Assembly: GCA_964637345.1 (NCBI GenBank)
Contig: CAZWTD010000002.1
Coordinates: 6,426 to 70,425, forward strand
Direction: 5' to 3'
Origin: an uncultured Gammaproteobacteria bacterium
GTDB taxonomy: Bacteria; Patescibacteriota; Patescibacteriia; HK-STAS-PATE-3
DNA length: 64,000 nt
Position 1 is the first letter of the stretch; every line of letters starts with the position of its first letter. The position numbers were made by a program, and so were the translations under genes. Shown here piece after piece: positions 9,690-17,429 of the stretch. The notes under the pieces are model-generated. The model was given only the letters and a program-made list of their open reading frames with translations, was not told the DNA's origin and searched no databases.

Positions 9690-10163
9690 ATGAAAATCAT
9701 TATTCTTGAAGACGACGCGACTATCCGACGACTTTATCGGACGATGTTTCTTAAGGCAGGCTTTGATGTTCGCGCTTACGCTGATGCCATCGATATTGTC
9801 ATGAAGACAAAAGCATTTCATCCAGATGTAGTGTTAACAGATCTTCTCATGCCGAAGATTGATGGCTATGAAGCCATTCGATTATTAAGGGCGGAAGAGA
9901 GTCTACACGACCTTCCCATTGTCGTTATTTCTAATCTCGGCGATTACGTGAGTCAGCAAAAGTCCGCCTATCTCGGGGCCACTGATTTCGTCGTGAAGTC
10001 AAATTTCACCCCCTCGGCCTTAACGGCACGCATTCGTGACGTTGTCGCCGGTAAAGTTCCTAAACTCGTTGTTGATCCAAAGGTGACCGCATTTCTCCAG
10101 GCGGAAGAGCGTGCCCACGCTGAACACGCGAAGATGACATCTGAGGATCGTCAGTACACATAA
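9690..10163 (+). CDS. stand-alone response-regulator receiver (CheY-like) domain protein
   Basis: N-terminal acidic pocket (ILEDD) and phospho-acceptor region TDLLMPKIDG are present. There is no output domain and no histidine kinase gene nearby. Confidence 0.65.
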   Translation: MKIIILEDDATIRRLYRTMFLKAGFDVRAYADAIDIVMKTKAFHPDVVLTDLLMPKIDGYEAIRLLRAEESLHDLPIVVISNLGDYVSQQKSAYLGATDFVVKSNFTPSALTARIRDVVAGKVPKLVVDPKVTAFLQAEERAHAEHAKMTSEDRQYT

Positions 10164-10166
10164 ACT

Positions 10167-10493
10167 ATGACTGACGAACGCTGGCAAGAAACCCTCGATC
10201 AACTCAGCGAGCGTTTTTCCGTTTTGTCTCGGGCGACTGAGCCAGCTGAAGACGGGCATGGAACAACCGAACGGGTGGTATTCTCTGGTCCACTTGGGAA
10301 GCTTCGCCTGTCGCGGACGGTGCATGATCGAGTTGTCGGTGAGCGGGCAACCGGCTCACATCGTATCGGGAGCGACGTTGCGATTGAAAAGGTGTACGAC
10401 TCTGGCGATCACGTCAGCTTTTTAACGCTGGAACGCGAGGGTGCGAGCGGAGAGTGGGAAGAGCTTGATCCAGCCAAGTTAGGAGTAAGCTAA
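10167..10493 (+). CDS. hypothetical protein
   Basis: 108-aa ORF immediately after the receiver gene. No recognisable motifs. Confidence 0.3.
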   Translation: MTDERWQETLDQLSERFSVLSRATEPAEDGHGTTERVVFSGPLGKLRLSRTVHDRVVGERATGSHRIGSDVAIEKVYDSGDHVSFLTLEREGASGEWEELDPAKLGVS

Positions 10494-10499
10494 CACACG

Positions 10500-11396
10500 G
10501 TGCCCGAGCTTCCAGAGGTTGAAACAGTCCGCCGGACGCTCCGTCCCGTTCTTCTCGGACGGCGTTTTGAAAAAGTAGAAGTCCGACTACCAAAGCTGAT
10601 CCGCGGCTCTCCTCTCGAAATAGTGAAGCTCAATCACGATCGAATCTGTGGGCTTGAACGCCGAGCGAAGATCCTCATTATCCGTTTGGAATCCGGGCGC
10701 AGTCTTTTGATCCATTTAAAAATGACGGGACAACTCATTCACGTTCAGCGGGACGGCAAGCTGCTGACAGGAGGGCACCCAATTCCCGGTGGGGAGGTGG
10801 GCTTACCAAATCGAACAACTCAGGCAATTTTTCATCTTGATGACGGAAGTGCGTTATTTTTTAACGATGTTAGAAAATTTGCCTATCTCCGCCTCCATCA
10901 CCATCGTGAGCTTCAGGCTTTATTCACGCTTCTTGGACCGGAACCGCTTCTCCCTTCCTTTACCTTTGCGGTGTTTCGTTCGGCCGTCGCTCGTCGGCTC
11001 AAGTCTCAAACGAAAGACGTGCTTCTTGATCAAAGCGTTATTGCGGGACTTGGTAACATCTATGCCGATGAGGTGAATTTTGCCGCCAGGATCCACCCGC
11101 GTCGGCTGGTACGGAGCTTGTCGGAGGAGGAACTTCGCGCAATCTACGGGGCAATAAAGCGCATTCTTCGTTTTGCGGTTCAAAAGCGCGGTACAACCTT
11201 TAGGCATTTTCGAGACGGTCGCGGGGCCCAAGGTGGAATGCGCGCCTATCTCAAGGTCTACGGACGAAGCGGCCAGCCCTGCGTGCGATGTAAAACGCTG
11301 ATTGTCAGAGAGAAACTCGGAAGCCGCTCCGCCCACTACTGTCCGAGATGCCAAACCTTGACCAAACCGAAGTGGGCGGGTACGCTCTCCGTATGA
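10500..11396 (+). CDS. mutM: formamidopyrimidine-DNA glycosylase
   Basis: The N-terminus reads (GTG start)-PELPEVE with the catalytic Pro2. H2TH region, and a C-terminal zinc finger CVRC...CPRC. Confidence 0.85.
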   Translation: MPELPEVETVRRTLRPVLLGRRFEKVEVRLPKLIRGSPLEIVKLNHDRICGLERRAKILIIRLESGRSLLIHLKMTGQLIHVQRDGKLLTGGHPIPGGEVGLPNRTTQAIFHLDDGSALFFNDVRKFAYLRLHHHRELQALFTLLGPEPLLPSFTFAVFRSAVARRLKSQTKDVLLDQSVIAGLGNIYADEVNFAARIHPRRLVRSLSEEELRAIYGAIKRILRFAVQKRGTTFRHFRDGRGAQGGMRAYLKVYGRSGQPCVRCKTLIVREKLGSRSAHYCPRCQTLTKPKWAGTLSV

Positions 11397-12217
11397 TTGA
11401 TCTATTGATCGCAGCACTCTTTGGGGCGGTTCAGGGTATTACCGAGTTTCTTCCAATCTCAAGTTCGGGACACCTCGTTGTGCTTCATGAACTCTTTCCG
11501 AGCTACCTCAATGCCGATCAAGTTGGTTTTGATGTCGCGCTTCACGCCGGAACGCTTTTGGCGCTTATCGTTTTTTTTCGCCAGGACATCGGTCGATTGC
11601 TTCGCGTCGCTGTCGCCTGGCTATTCCGCCGTTCTCGGCCCGAGGATGCGCGCGATCGCGTCATGATTCTCGCGTTGGCAATTGGAACAATTCCTGCGGC
11701 GCTTGTTGGTGCTCTGTTTGAATCTCGTATTGAGTCAACTTTTCGATCCATGGTTTGGGTCGCAGTATGGTTAATTGTTGGCGGATTAGCCTTTCTCTTT
11801 GTTGAAGCGCTTACCAAAGCACGACGAAATCTTGAAATCCTTCGTTTGCGGGACGCGCTGATTGTGGGAGTAACTCAGGTGATCGCCTTTTTGCCAGGTA
11901 TTTCTCGTTCTGGGAGTACAATCATTGCTGGTCGAGCACTCGGCTTCACACATCAGGCCGCTGCCCGTTTTTCTTTTCTCCTTTCTATTCCAGTTGTGTT
12001 TGGGGCTGCCGTGAAAAAAGGCTTTGATCTCGTCGATGCCGGTGTTTCGACCGAGTTAGGCGTTACGATGCTGATCGGCGGTCTTTCGGCCGTTGTTGTC
12101 GGTCTCTTGGCGCTCCGTTTTCTTATGGGTTTTTTTGCAGCGCATACCTTACGAGGCTTTGCTGTGTATCGTTTTGTTCTCGCGGCGTTGCTTCTCGTGG
12201 TGGCAGCGCTTCGATAA
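11393..12217 (+). CDS. uppP: undecaprenyl-diphosphatase (BacA/UppP)
   Basis: The hallmark ITEFLPISSSGH and PGISRSGSTI motifs are present. The start was moved to MIDLLIAAL, and the track start at 11348 overlaps mutM. Confidence 0.85.
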   Translation: MIDLLIAALFGAVQGITEFLPISSSGHLVVLHELFPSYLNADQVGFDVALHAGTLLALIVFFRQDIGRLLRVAVAWLFRRSRPEDARDRVMILALAIGTIPAALVGALFESRIESTFRSMVWVAVWLIVGGLAFLFVEALTKARRNLEILRLRDALIVGVTQVIAFLPGISRSGSTIIAGRALGFTHQAAARFSFLLSIPVVFGAAVKKGFDLVDAGVSTELGVTMLIGGLSAVVVGLLALRFLMGFFAAHTLRGFAVYRFVLAALLLVVAALR

Positions 12218-12221
12218 CAAA

Positions 12222-12252
12222 TCACCCCGCGATTGGCGGGGTGATTGTGTTG
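12222..12252. terminator. putative bidirectional terminator hairpin between convergent uppP and the surface-protein gene
   Basis: TCACCCCGC-GATTG-GCGGGGTGA (9-bp stem) is flanked by an A-rich 5' side and a TTGTGTTG 3' side. The U-tract is weak. Confidence 0.4.
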
Positions 12253-12264
12253 AGAAGTGCCGGA

Positions 12265-13299
12265 CTAGATTGAATGTCCGTCTTTTGGGACAAAACGATA
12301 CGGACGGAACAGCGTCAGGATAAGGAAGCCCACGACGACGATCCAGGGGAACCAGCCGGCGACGCTATCGCAGCGGGCAAGGAAGTAGAGAACAAAGAGA
12401 CCCGACGCAAGTAGGAGTGGTACAATCCAAATCCAAAGGTCGGTTTTCGTCTCAATGAGTTTGTAGTACCCATAGAGGATGAGGAGGCTGCCGATGAGGA
12501 CGATGAGCCAGCCCCACCATCGGATATCCCAGCAGGATTTCGTGGTTTCGTTTGTGCTGGTCGGTAGAACTTCAGTATCGGTCCCTAGGACATCGCCGCT
12601 GTTCGTATTCGCGTTCGCGTTACTGTTTACTGCCGTGGTGTTTGCGAGAGAGGGGAGCGGGGCGTCGACAGCCGCAGCCCGAACGCGGACATCCGCGCTA
12701 CCAGTTACTGATCCAGACTGGGCGATAATACGGCCTTCGCCATCTCGGTTCGCGGTAAAGAGTCCTGTGGCGCTTACTGTTCCAATCGATCCTTCAAGTT
12801 TCCAGGAGACCACAAGATTCGTGAGGAGGTTGTTCATCCGGTCATAGGCCTTCGCTTCGAATTGGCGCCTCTCGCCCCGTCCGACAATTTCCGGGAGGGA
12901 GTTCGGATTAACGACGATGTGATCAACGGGGCCCGGGCGAACAGTTACGGTTGTGCTAACCGATGCGTTATTGAGTGTCGCGCGGACCTTCCAGCTTCCG
13001 AGTGAGCCGGCTGTGTAGACTGGACCGCTCAGGTTCCCGGTTGGGTCGGTTGTTGTGACTTGAGCCGCCCGAGAGGCGTCCCAGGTTTCTCCGGTATCCG
13101 GGTTTGTTGCGAAAATGGAGAATTCGATGGAAGAGCCAGCGTCGAGCGTTACCGTTGTCGGCGACAGCTTGAGAGTTTGGTCGTCATCTCCAGTTGCGGC
13201 ATTCGCGGGAATGGCGAGGGCGAGAAGTCCAAGGAAGAGCGCGAAGCTTCCAAGAAGACGAAAGCGCGTGCGGGGAGCGTGCGGCGTGTGCAGCATAGT
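12265..13299 (-). CDS. secreted Ig-like (Big-domain-like) surface protein with C-terminal membrane anchor and degenerate sorting-like motif
   Basis: Signal peptide FALFLGLLALAIPANA, beta-rich repeats, an NSNANANTNS linker, then ...DVLGTDTEVLPTSTNE... followed by two hydrophobic segments. Start is placed at MLHTP. Confidence 0.45.
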   Translation of the reverse strand, partial: TMLHTPHAPRTRFRLLGSFALFLGLLALAIPANAATGDDDQTLKLSPTTVTLDAGSSIEFSIFATNPDTGETWDASRAAQVTTTDPTGNLSGPVYTAGSLGSWKVRATLNNASVSTTVTVRPGPVDHIVVNPNSLPEIVGRGERRQFEAKAYDRMNNLLTNLVVSWKLEGSIGTVSATGLFTANRDGEGRIIAQSGSVTGSADVRVRAAAVDAPLPSLANTTAVNSNANANTNSGDVLGTDTEVLPTSTNETTKSCWDIRWWGWLIVLIGSLLILYGYYKLIETKTDLWIWIVPLLLASGLFVLYFLARCDSVAGWFPWIVVVGFLILTLFRPYRFVPKDGHSI

Positions 13300-13306
13300 G
13301 GTTGAA

Positions 13307-14002
13307 TTACTGTTCAGCGGTTGGCGTAAATGGCCGACCGTCAATGACAAGGCGATGGGAGGTGGAAAACATTGGTGCGCAAGTGAAGAGCGTCAGTTTT
13401 GGCTCCACGCTAGGGTTGAGTATTTCGGTTTGGTCGGGCGTAACAAGTCGCGTTTCCGCAATTTCGAAGTCGTACTCTTTCATCACTCCGTCCGTTTTCC
13501 AGTAGACAATGATCATGTCGCCCGCAGAAAGACGGTCGGCGAGAGCTAAGGTATTTGGTCCGGCGAGGTATTGAAAGCGATGGACTGTGAGTACGGTATT
13601 ACCTCCGCGATCTGGAGTTGAGGTGTTCGGAAGGCGCCAAGAGCCCCGGAAGAGCGAGTCCTCATTCTCTCCTTCAACGATCGGCATGTCAACACCAATC
13701 CTGGGAATAACGAGGCGGTTCTCTTTCGGAAGCGCCGATCCGATTTTTGGCAGCCGGCCGCTCGGGGCAGTTGTTGTTGAAGGGAGTTGGGTGAAATAGG
13801 GGAATTCCGGTTCTGGCTTCAGCAGCTCGTATCGAAGGATAGGAAGGAAGGGATAAAGGAGGACAAGAACTCCGAGGACAATGAGGCCGCTTGCTGCAAG
13901 TTTGATTGGATGAATACGAAAGCGGGGCCCTGGTCGGGCTGGGGCATTTTTTATCGCGGTGTCTTCGGTCTCCCCCAAGGCCGGACGCTGATCGTTCGGC
14001 AT
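13307..14002 (-). CDS. sortase-family transpeptidase
   Basis: N-terminal TM anchor, catalytic His region (VLTVHRF), the TLFTC active-site cysteine motif, and a downstream Arg. The gene sits immediately upstream, on the same strand, of the surface proteins that carry sorting signals. Confidence 0.8.
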   Translation of the reverse strand: MPNDQRPALGETEDTAIKNAPARPGPRFRIHPIKLAASGLIVLGVLVLLYPFLPILRYELLKPEPEFPYFTQLPSTTTAPSGRLPKIGSALPKENRLVIPRIGVDMPIVEGENEDSLFRGSWRLPNTSTPDRGGNTVLTVHRFQYLAGPNTLALADRLSAGDMIIVYWKTDGVMKEYDFEIAETRLVTPDQTEILNPSVEPKLTLFTCAPMFSTSHRLVIDGRPFTPTAEQ

Positions 14003-14005
14003 AAC

Positions 14006-14929
14006 TTAGGCGCTGGGGTGTTTCGAAAAAGGATAAAATGCGAACGTGGAGATTCCCGCAGTCAAAAGGATTGTCGCGAATACCACGAGGAGCCAGTCGA
14101 AAAATGTGATGCCGCTTGCGGGCAGTTCAGTCGAGGCCCCAAGAACCTGGCCCTGCCGCGCGGCAATCGTGATCTCTGTGCTCGCGGAGAGGGGAGTCGT
14201 TTGAGAGGCTGAGAGTCCAACCGAAATATTACGCGTGCCTGTTGTTGCGCTTGGATCAATTCGGAGATCAACAATGCGAGTTATCGTTTCTCCTGCGTGA
14301 AGTGTTGGAATCGTGATCGGCGCGATGGTAGTAAGGCCCTCGTTGGGATCTATGGTTAGGATCAAATCGCGAGCAGCGTCAGTTCCCGAATTTGCGATGG
14401 ACATTGTAAGTGGGGCGCTCGATCCGGCGACGAGAGTATCTCGAGTGATCGATAGTGTCAGCGCGAGCTTCGGGGAAGATAGCGTTGAAATGACGAGGCT
14501 TGTCGCAATAGCTTCGTTTTGATCAGAGTCCAGGGTAGCCTGAATCGTCAATGCGAGATCATTTTCAATTGTTTCATTAGCCTGAATACTGAACTGCGTT
14601 GTGTGGTTTCCAAGAGCTAGCGCTGGGAAGGACCAACGGGCACTTCGTTCAGAGCTTGCAACAACGCCAGGCTCATCGACAGCAACTATGCGAAGCCCTG
14701 TGGGAACCTTGAGTTGGAGTCGGGCGTCGGTAAGCGCATAGTCGGCTACGGAGTATGTGAGGGTAACGCGTTGTATCGCCCCGGCGTCTATTTCTCCCTC
14801 ACCGTCAATAGAAAGAGTAACCGCGGACACTGTTGTTGTCTTCGGTCGCTCAATCATTTGCGCCGACGCACACGAGGACCAGGTCGCGAGGAGTGTGCAG
14901 CAGGTAAAGAGGGTGATGAGCCGGCGCAT
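14006..14929 (-). CDS. cell-surface repeat protein with LPASG-type C-terminal anchor signal
   Basis: Lipoprotein-like or signal N-terminus (LFTCCTLLATWSSCASA), DUF11-like beta repeats, and a C-terminus reading QGQVLGASTELPASG followed by a hydrophobic stretch and the SKHPSA tail. Confidence 0.5.
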   Translation of the reverse strand: MRRLITLFTCCTLLATWSSCASAQMIERPKTTTVSAVTLSIDGEGEIDAGAIQRVTLTYSVADYALTDARLQLKVPTGLRIVAVDEPGVVASSERSARWSFPALALGNHTTQFSIQANETIENDLALTIQATLDSDQNEAIATSLVISTLSSPKLALTLSITRDTLVAGSSAPLTMSIANSGTDAARDLILTIDPNEGLTTIAPITIPTLHAGETITRIVDLRIDPSATTGTRNISVGLSASQTTPLSASTEITIAARQGQVLGASTELPASGITFFDWLLVVFATILLTAGISTFAFYPFSKHPSA

Positions 14930-14937
14930 CGGAGTAT

Positions 14938-17289
14938 TTACTCAAGAAGACGAGATCGGCGAAGGAGAGAGGCGCCGGCGACAAGGAAGCTTAGGCCAAG
15001 CAGCGCGAGGAGCGCATCGAGGGCCCCAGGTCCCGTTTCCGGAAGCGTGTCTTCCGCCCCAAGCACTTGCCCATTTGTTGCAGGTGTTTCATCGTCGTTC
15101 GTGTCTTCTGCGCCGAGAACTGAGCCCACAACAACGGCGACGCGCGCGGTCGAAGAAAGAGGATCAAGTCCATCCGCGCTCACGCGGGCAATATTGTCAT
15201 AAGTGCCTGCGCTCGCTGAGGGGGCAACCTTCGCCTCGTAGGTCGTTGTAATACTTTCTCCGGCCGGGATCGTACCAAGCATTTTCGCCATCGTTGTTGA
15301 ATCTGAGTCGGAGAAAGTGAAGGAGGTCGGTAGGGTATCGGTCAGAACAACATTCGTCGCAGCGTCAGATCCCGAGTTTTTTACTTTGACGGTGTAGGTG
15401 ACGACTGAACCCGGATGTGCTGATTCCCGATTCGCCGTTTTTTCAATTGTGAGCTTGGGTGAAGATGTAAGTGTCACGTCGGCGCTCGCCTCGAACGAAT
15501 CAACGCCCTTGGCCCGGACATTTGCGGTATTGATAACAATCGTATTGTCCTGAACAGTTGCGTCAACCTGTGTTGTCACTGAGAGTACGTACGAGTTTGG
15601 GGAAAGTGTTCCGAGGGACCACGTCACTGTCCGCGTCGCAGCGTCATAACTCGAACCGGAGCTTGCTTCAACAAAGGTGAGGTGTTCCGGGAGGGGATCG
15701 GAAACAATCACGTCTTCGGCATTTGCGTCGCTTACATTGAGCGTTAGGAAGTAGGTGATTGTTCCGCCAGCGGCTTGAATAGAGGCATTCGCTGATTTTT
15801 CAAGAGTGAGCTTTGGCGTAAGTGTTGGATCTCCTTCGTTTTCGCCACTCGCTTGGTAGTTTCCGAAGTTGAGGTTAGCAATTGTCTCTCCGAAGCCAAG
15901 CGAAATCGGGCCATGCATGGCGCTCGGCGTTCCCGGAAAGCTCTGGGTCCAGTCCGGCTGCATGACTTCTCGGACGAAGTAGGTTCCTGCGTAGGCCGGG
16001 GAGAAGGCATATGATCCGTCAACGGCTGTATGAGTTGTAGCGATTACCGTCGGGCTCCCGGTGAGGTTTCCGCCATTGCTGAAGGGGATGCCGAAACAGG
16101 CTAGGTCAAGGCGACTAATCACTCCGTCATGGTTCAAGTCAACGTTGGGGTTGAAGTTTTGGAACCCTTGCGTCCAGGCGACGAAATCTGACAGGTCAAT
16201 GATGTCGTTATCGTAGTAGTCGTATTCGTTGATATCTTGAGAGCAGGTCGTCAGAAGCTCGACAGTCCAGTGTTCGATGCCGTTTTCCTGGTTGTCCCAG
16301 TTGGTATTCTCATTTTCATCATTCCACTTGCCGCCGGAAATGGATCCCTGGCAGAGACCGAAGAAATGTTCAGTCGTCGCCGTTGAGCGGTTGTCATCCA
16401 GGTTTCGTTCAGGGTAGGGGACGTCCTGACTCGACGGAACTGGAGCAGGAAGAACTTGCTCAATGTCGGCGGTGTTCACGAGTCGTTCGCAGGTTAGAAC
16501 CGACGCGTCAATTGTTACCGTAAGCGAAATAGATCCAGTTTCGCCGATATCGAGCATTGGAATCGTCCAGGTCGCTACTCCGTTATTTACAGAGTCGGGG
16601 GTAGGCGTGGACGAGGCGATCGTTGCGCCGTGAGGAAGGACGTCATTCAGAACAACGTTGTAGGCCGGCCAGTTTCCTGTGTTTGCATAATTGATAACAT
16701 AGGTAATCCCCGTAAGTTTTTCCCCGTTCTCGGCAATTTTTTTATCAACTTGGAGATCAGGGTTTTTCGGGCAGAAACGTTGGGTTGTTGAAGTGGTATC
16801 TTCGACAATGCCGTCGTCCTCCGGAGTTGAAGCGGGTCCGACGCCACGAATATTGGCGGTATTCGTCACGGAAACGCATTCGGTCAGGGCGCCGAAGTCG
16901 AACGATGTGTCGAGGGAGACCGTCCCGTCGGTGTGCCCCGGGAGCGTGCCGATATTCCAGCTCACTGAATGAGAAACCGGATCGTAGGTTCCGCCATTCG
17001 AGGCGCTCATAAAACTAGACGTGGTGGGGAGCTTATCGGTGATGACGACATTGAAAAGCGTTATCCCTCCAGCGTTTTTGTACGATAAGACATACCCGGT
17101 GTCATTTGCTGGGTTGACGCTTTTTATAAGCTCCAGTGGGGAGGTGCCGGGGATAGCCGGTTCAGACGGAAGTACGGCCGCGGTCGTCAGGAGCGGCTGA
17201 GCGAGCAATCCAAAAAGAGTCGATACTGAAAGAATGAAGCGAGCGAGTCGCTGCCCCTTTCTCCAGTTTGATGCATATGATGGGTTCAT
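14938..17289 (-). CDS. large LPETG-anchored surface protein with DUF11 (conserved repeat) domains and dockerin-like Ca-binding motif
   Basis: Strong SD (GAGGAGG) before the ATG at 17289. Signal peptide, multiple LTYTxxVxNxGxxxAxNVVxTDxLP-type repeats, and NVDLNHDGVISRLDLA (dockerin/EF-hand-like). The C-terminus reads GQVLGAEDTLPETG followed by a hydrophobic stretch and RRSRLLE, a classic cell-wall sorting signal. Confidence 0.75.
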   Translation of the reverse strand: MNPSYASNWRKGQRLARFILSVSTLFGLLAQPLLTTAAVLPSEPAIPGTSPLELIKSVNPANDTGYVLSYKNAGGITLFNVVITDKLPTTSSFMSASNGGTYDPVSHSVSWNIGTLPGHTDGTVSLDTSFDFGALTECVSVTNTANIRGVGPASTPEDDGIVEDTTSTTQRFCPKNPDLQVDKKIAENGEKLTGITYVINYANTGNWPAYNVVLNDVLPHGATIASSTPTPDSVNNGVATWTIPMLDIGETGSISLTVTIDASVLTCERLVNTADIEQVLPAPVPSSQDVPYPERNLDDNRSTATTEHFFGLCQGSISGGKWNDENENTNWDNQENGIEHWTVELLTTCSQDINEYDYYDNDIIDLSDFVAWTQGFQNFNPNVDLNHDGVISRLDLACFGIPFSNGGNLTGSPTVIATTHTAVDGSYAFSPAYAGTYFVREVMQPDWTQSFPGTPSAMHGPISLGFGETIANLNFGNYQASGENEGDPTLTPKLTLEKSANASIQAAGGTITYFLTLNVSDANAEDVIVSDPLPEHLTFVEASSGSSYDAATRTVTWSLGTLSPNSYVLSVTTQVDATVQDNTIVINTANVRAKGVDSFEASADVTLTSSPKLTIEKTANRESAHPGSVVTYTVKVKNSGSDAATNVVLTDTLPTSFTFSDSDSTTMAKMLGTIPAGESITTTYEAKVAPSASAGTYDNIARVSADGLDPLSSTARVAVVVGSVLGAEDTNDDETPATNGQVLGAEDTLPETGPGALDALLALLGLSFLVAGASLLRRSRLLE

Positions 17290-17429
17290 GAGTACCTCCT
17301 CGTAAGTATTGAACGAATGAATCACGCGAAAATGTCTTTCACCGACGTTTTTAGGGTGAAAAGGAGCATCTCTAGCGTGTCAGGCATCATAGCATAGCCC
17401 TTGGTTTCGCCACAAACAGCCGTATTCTG

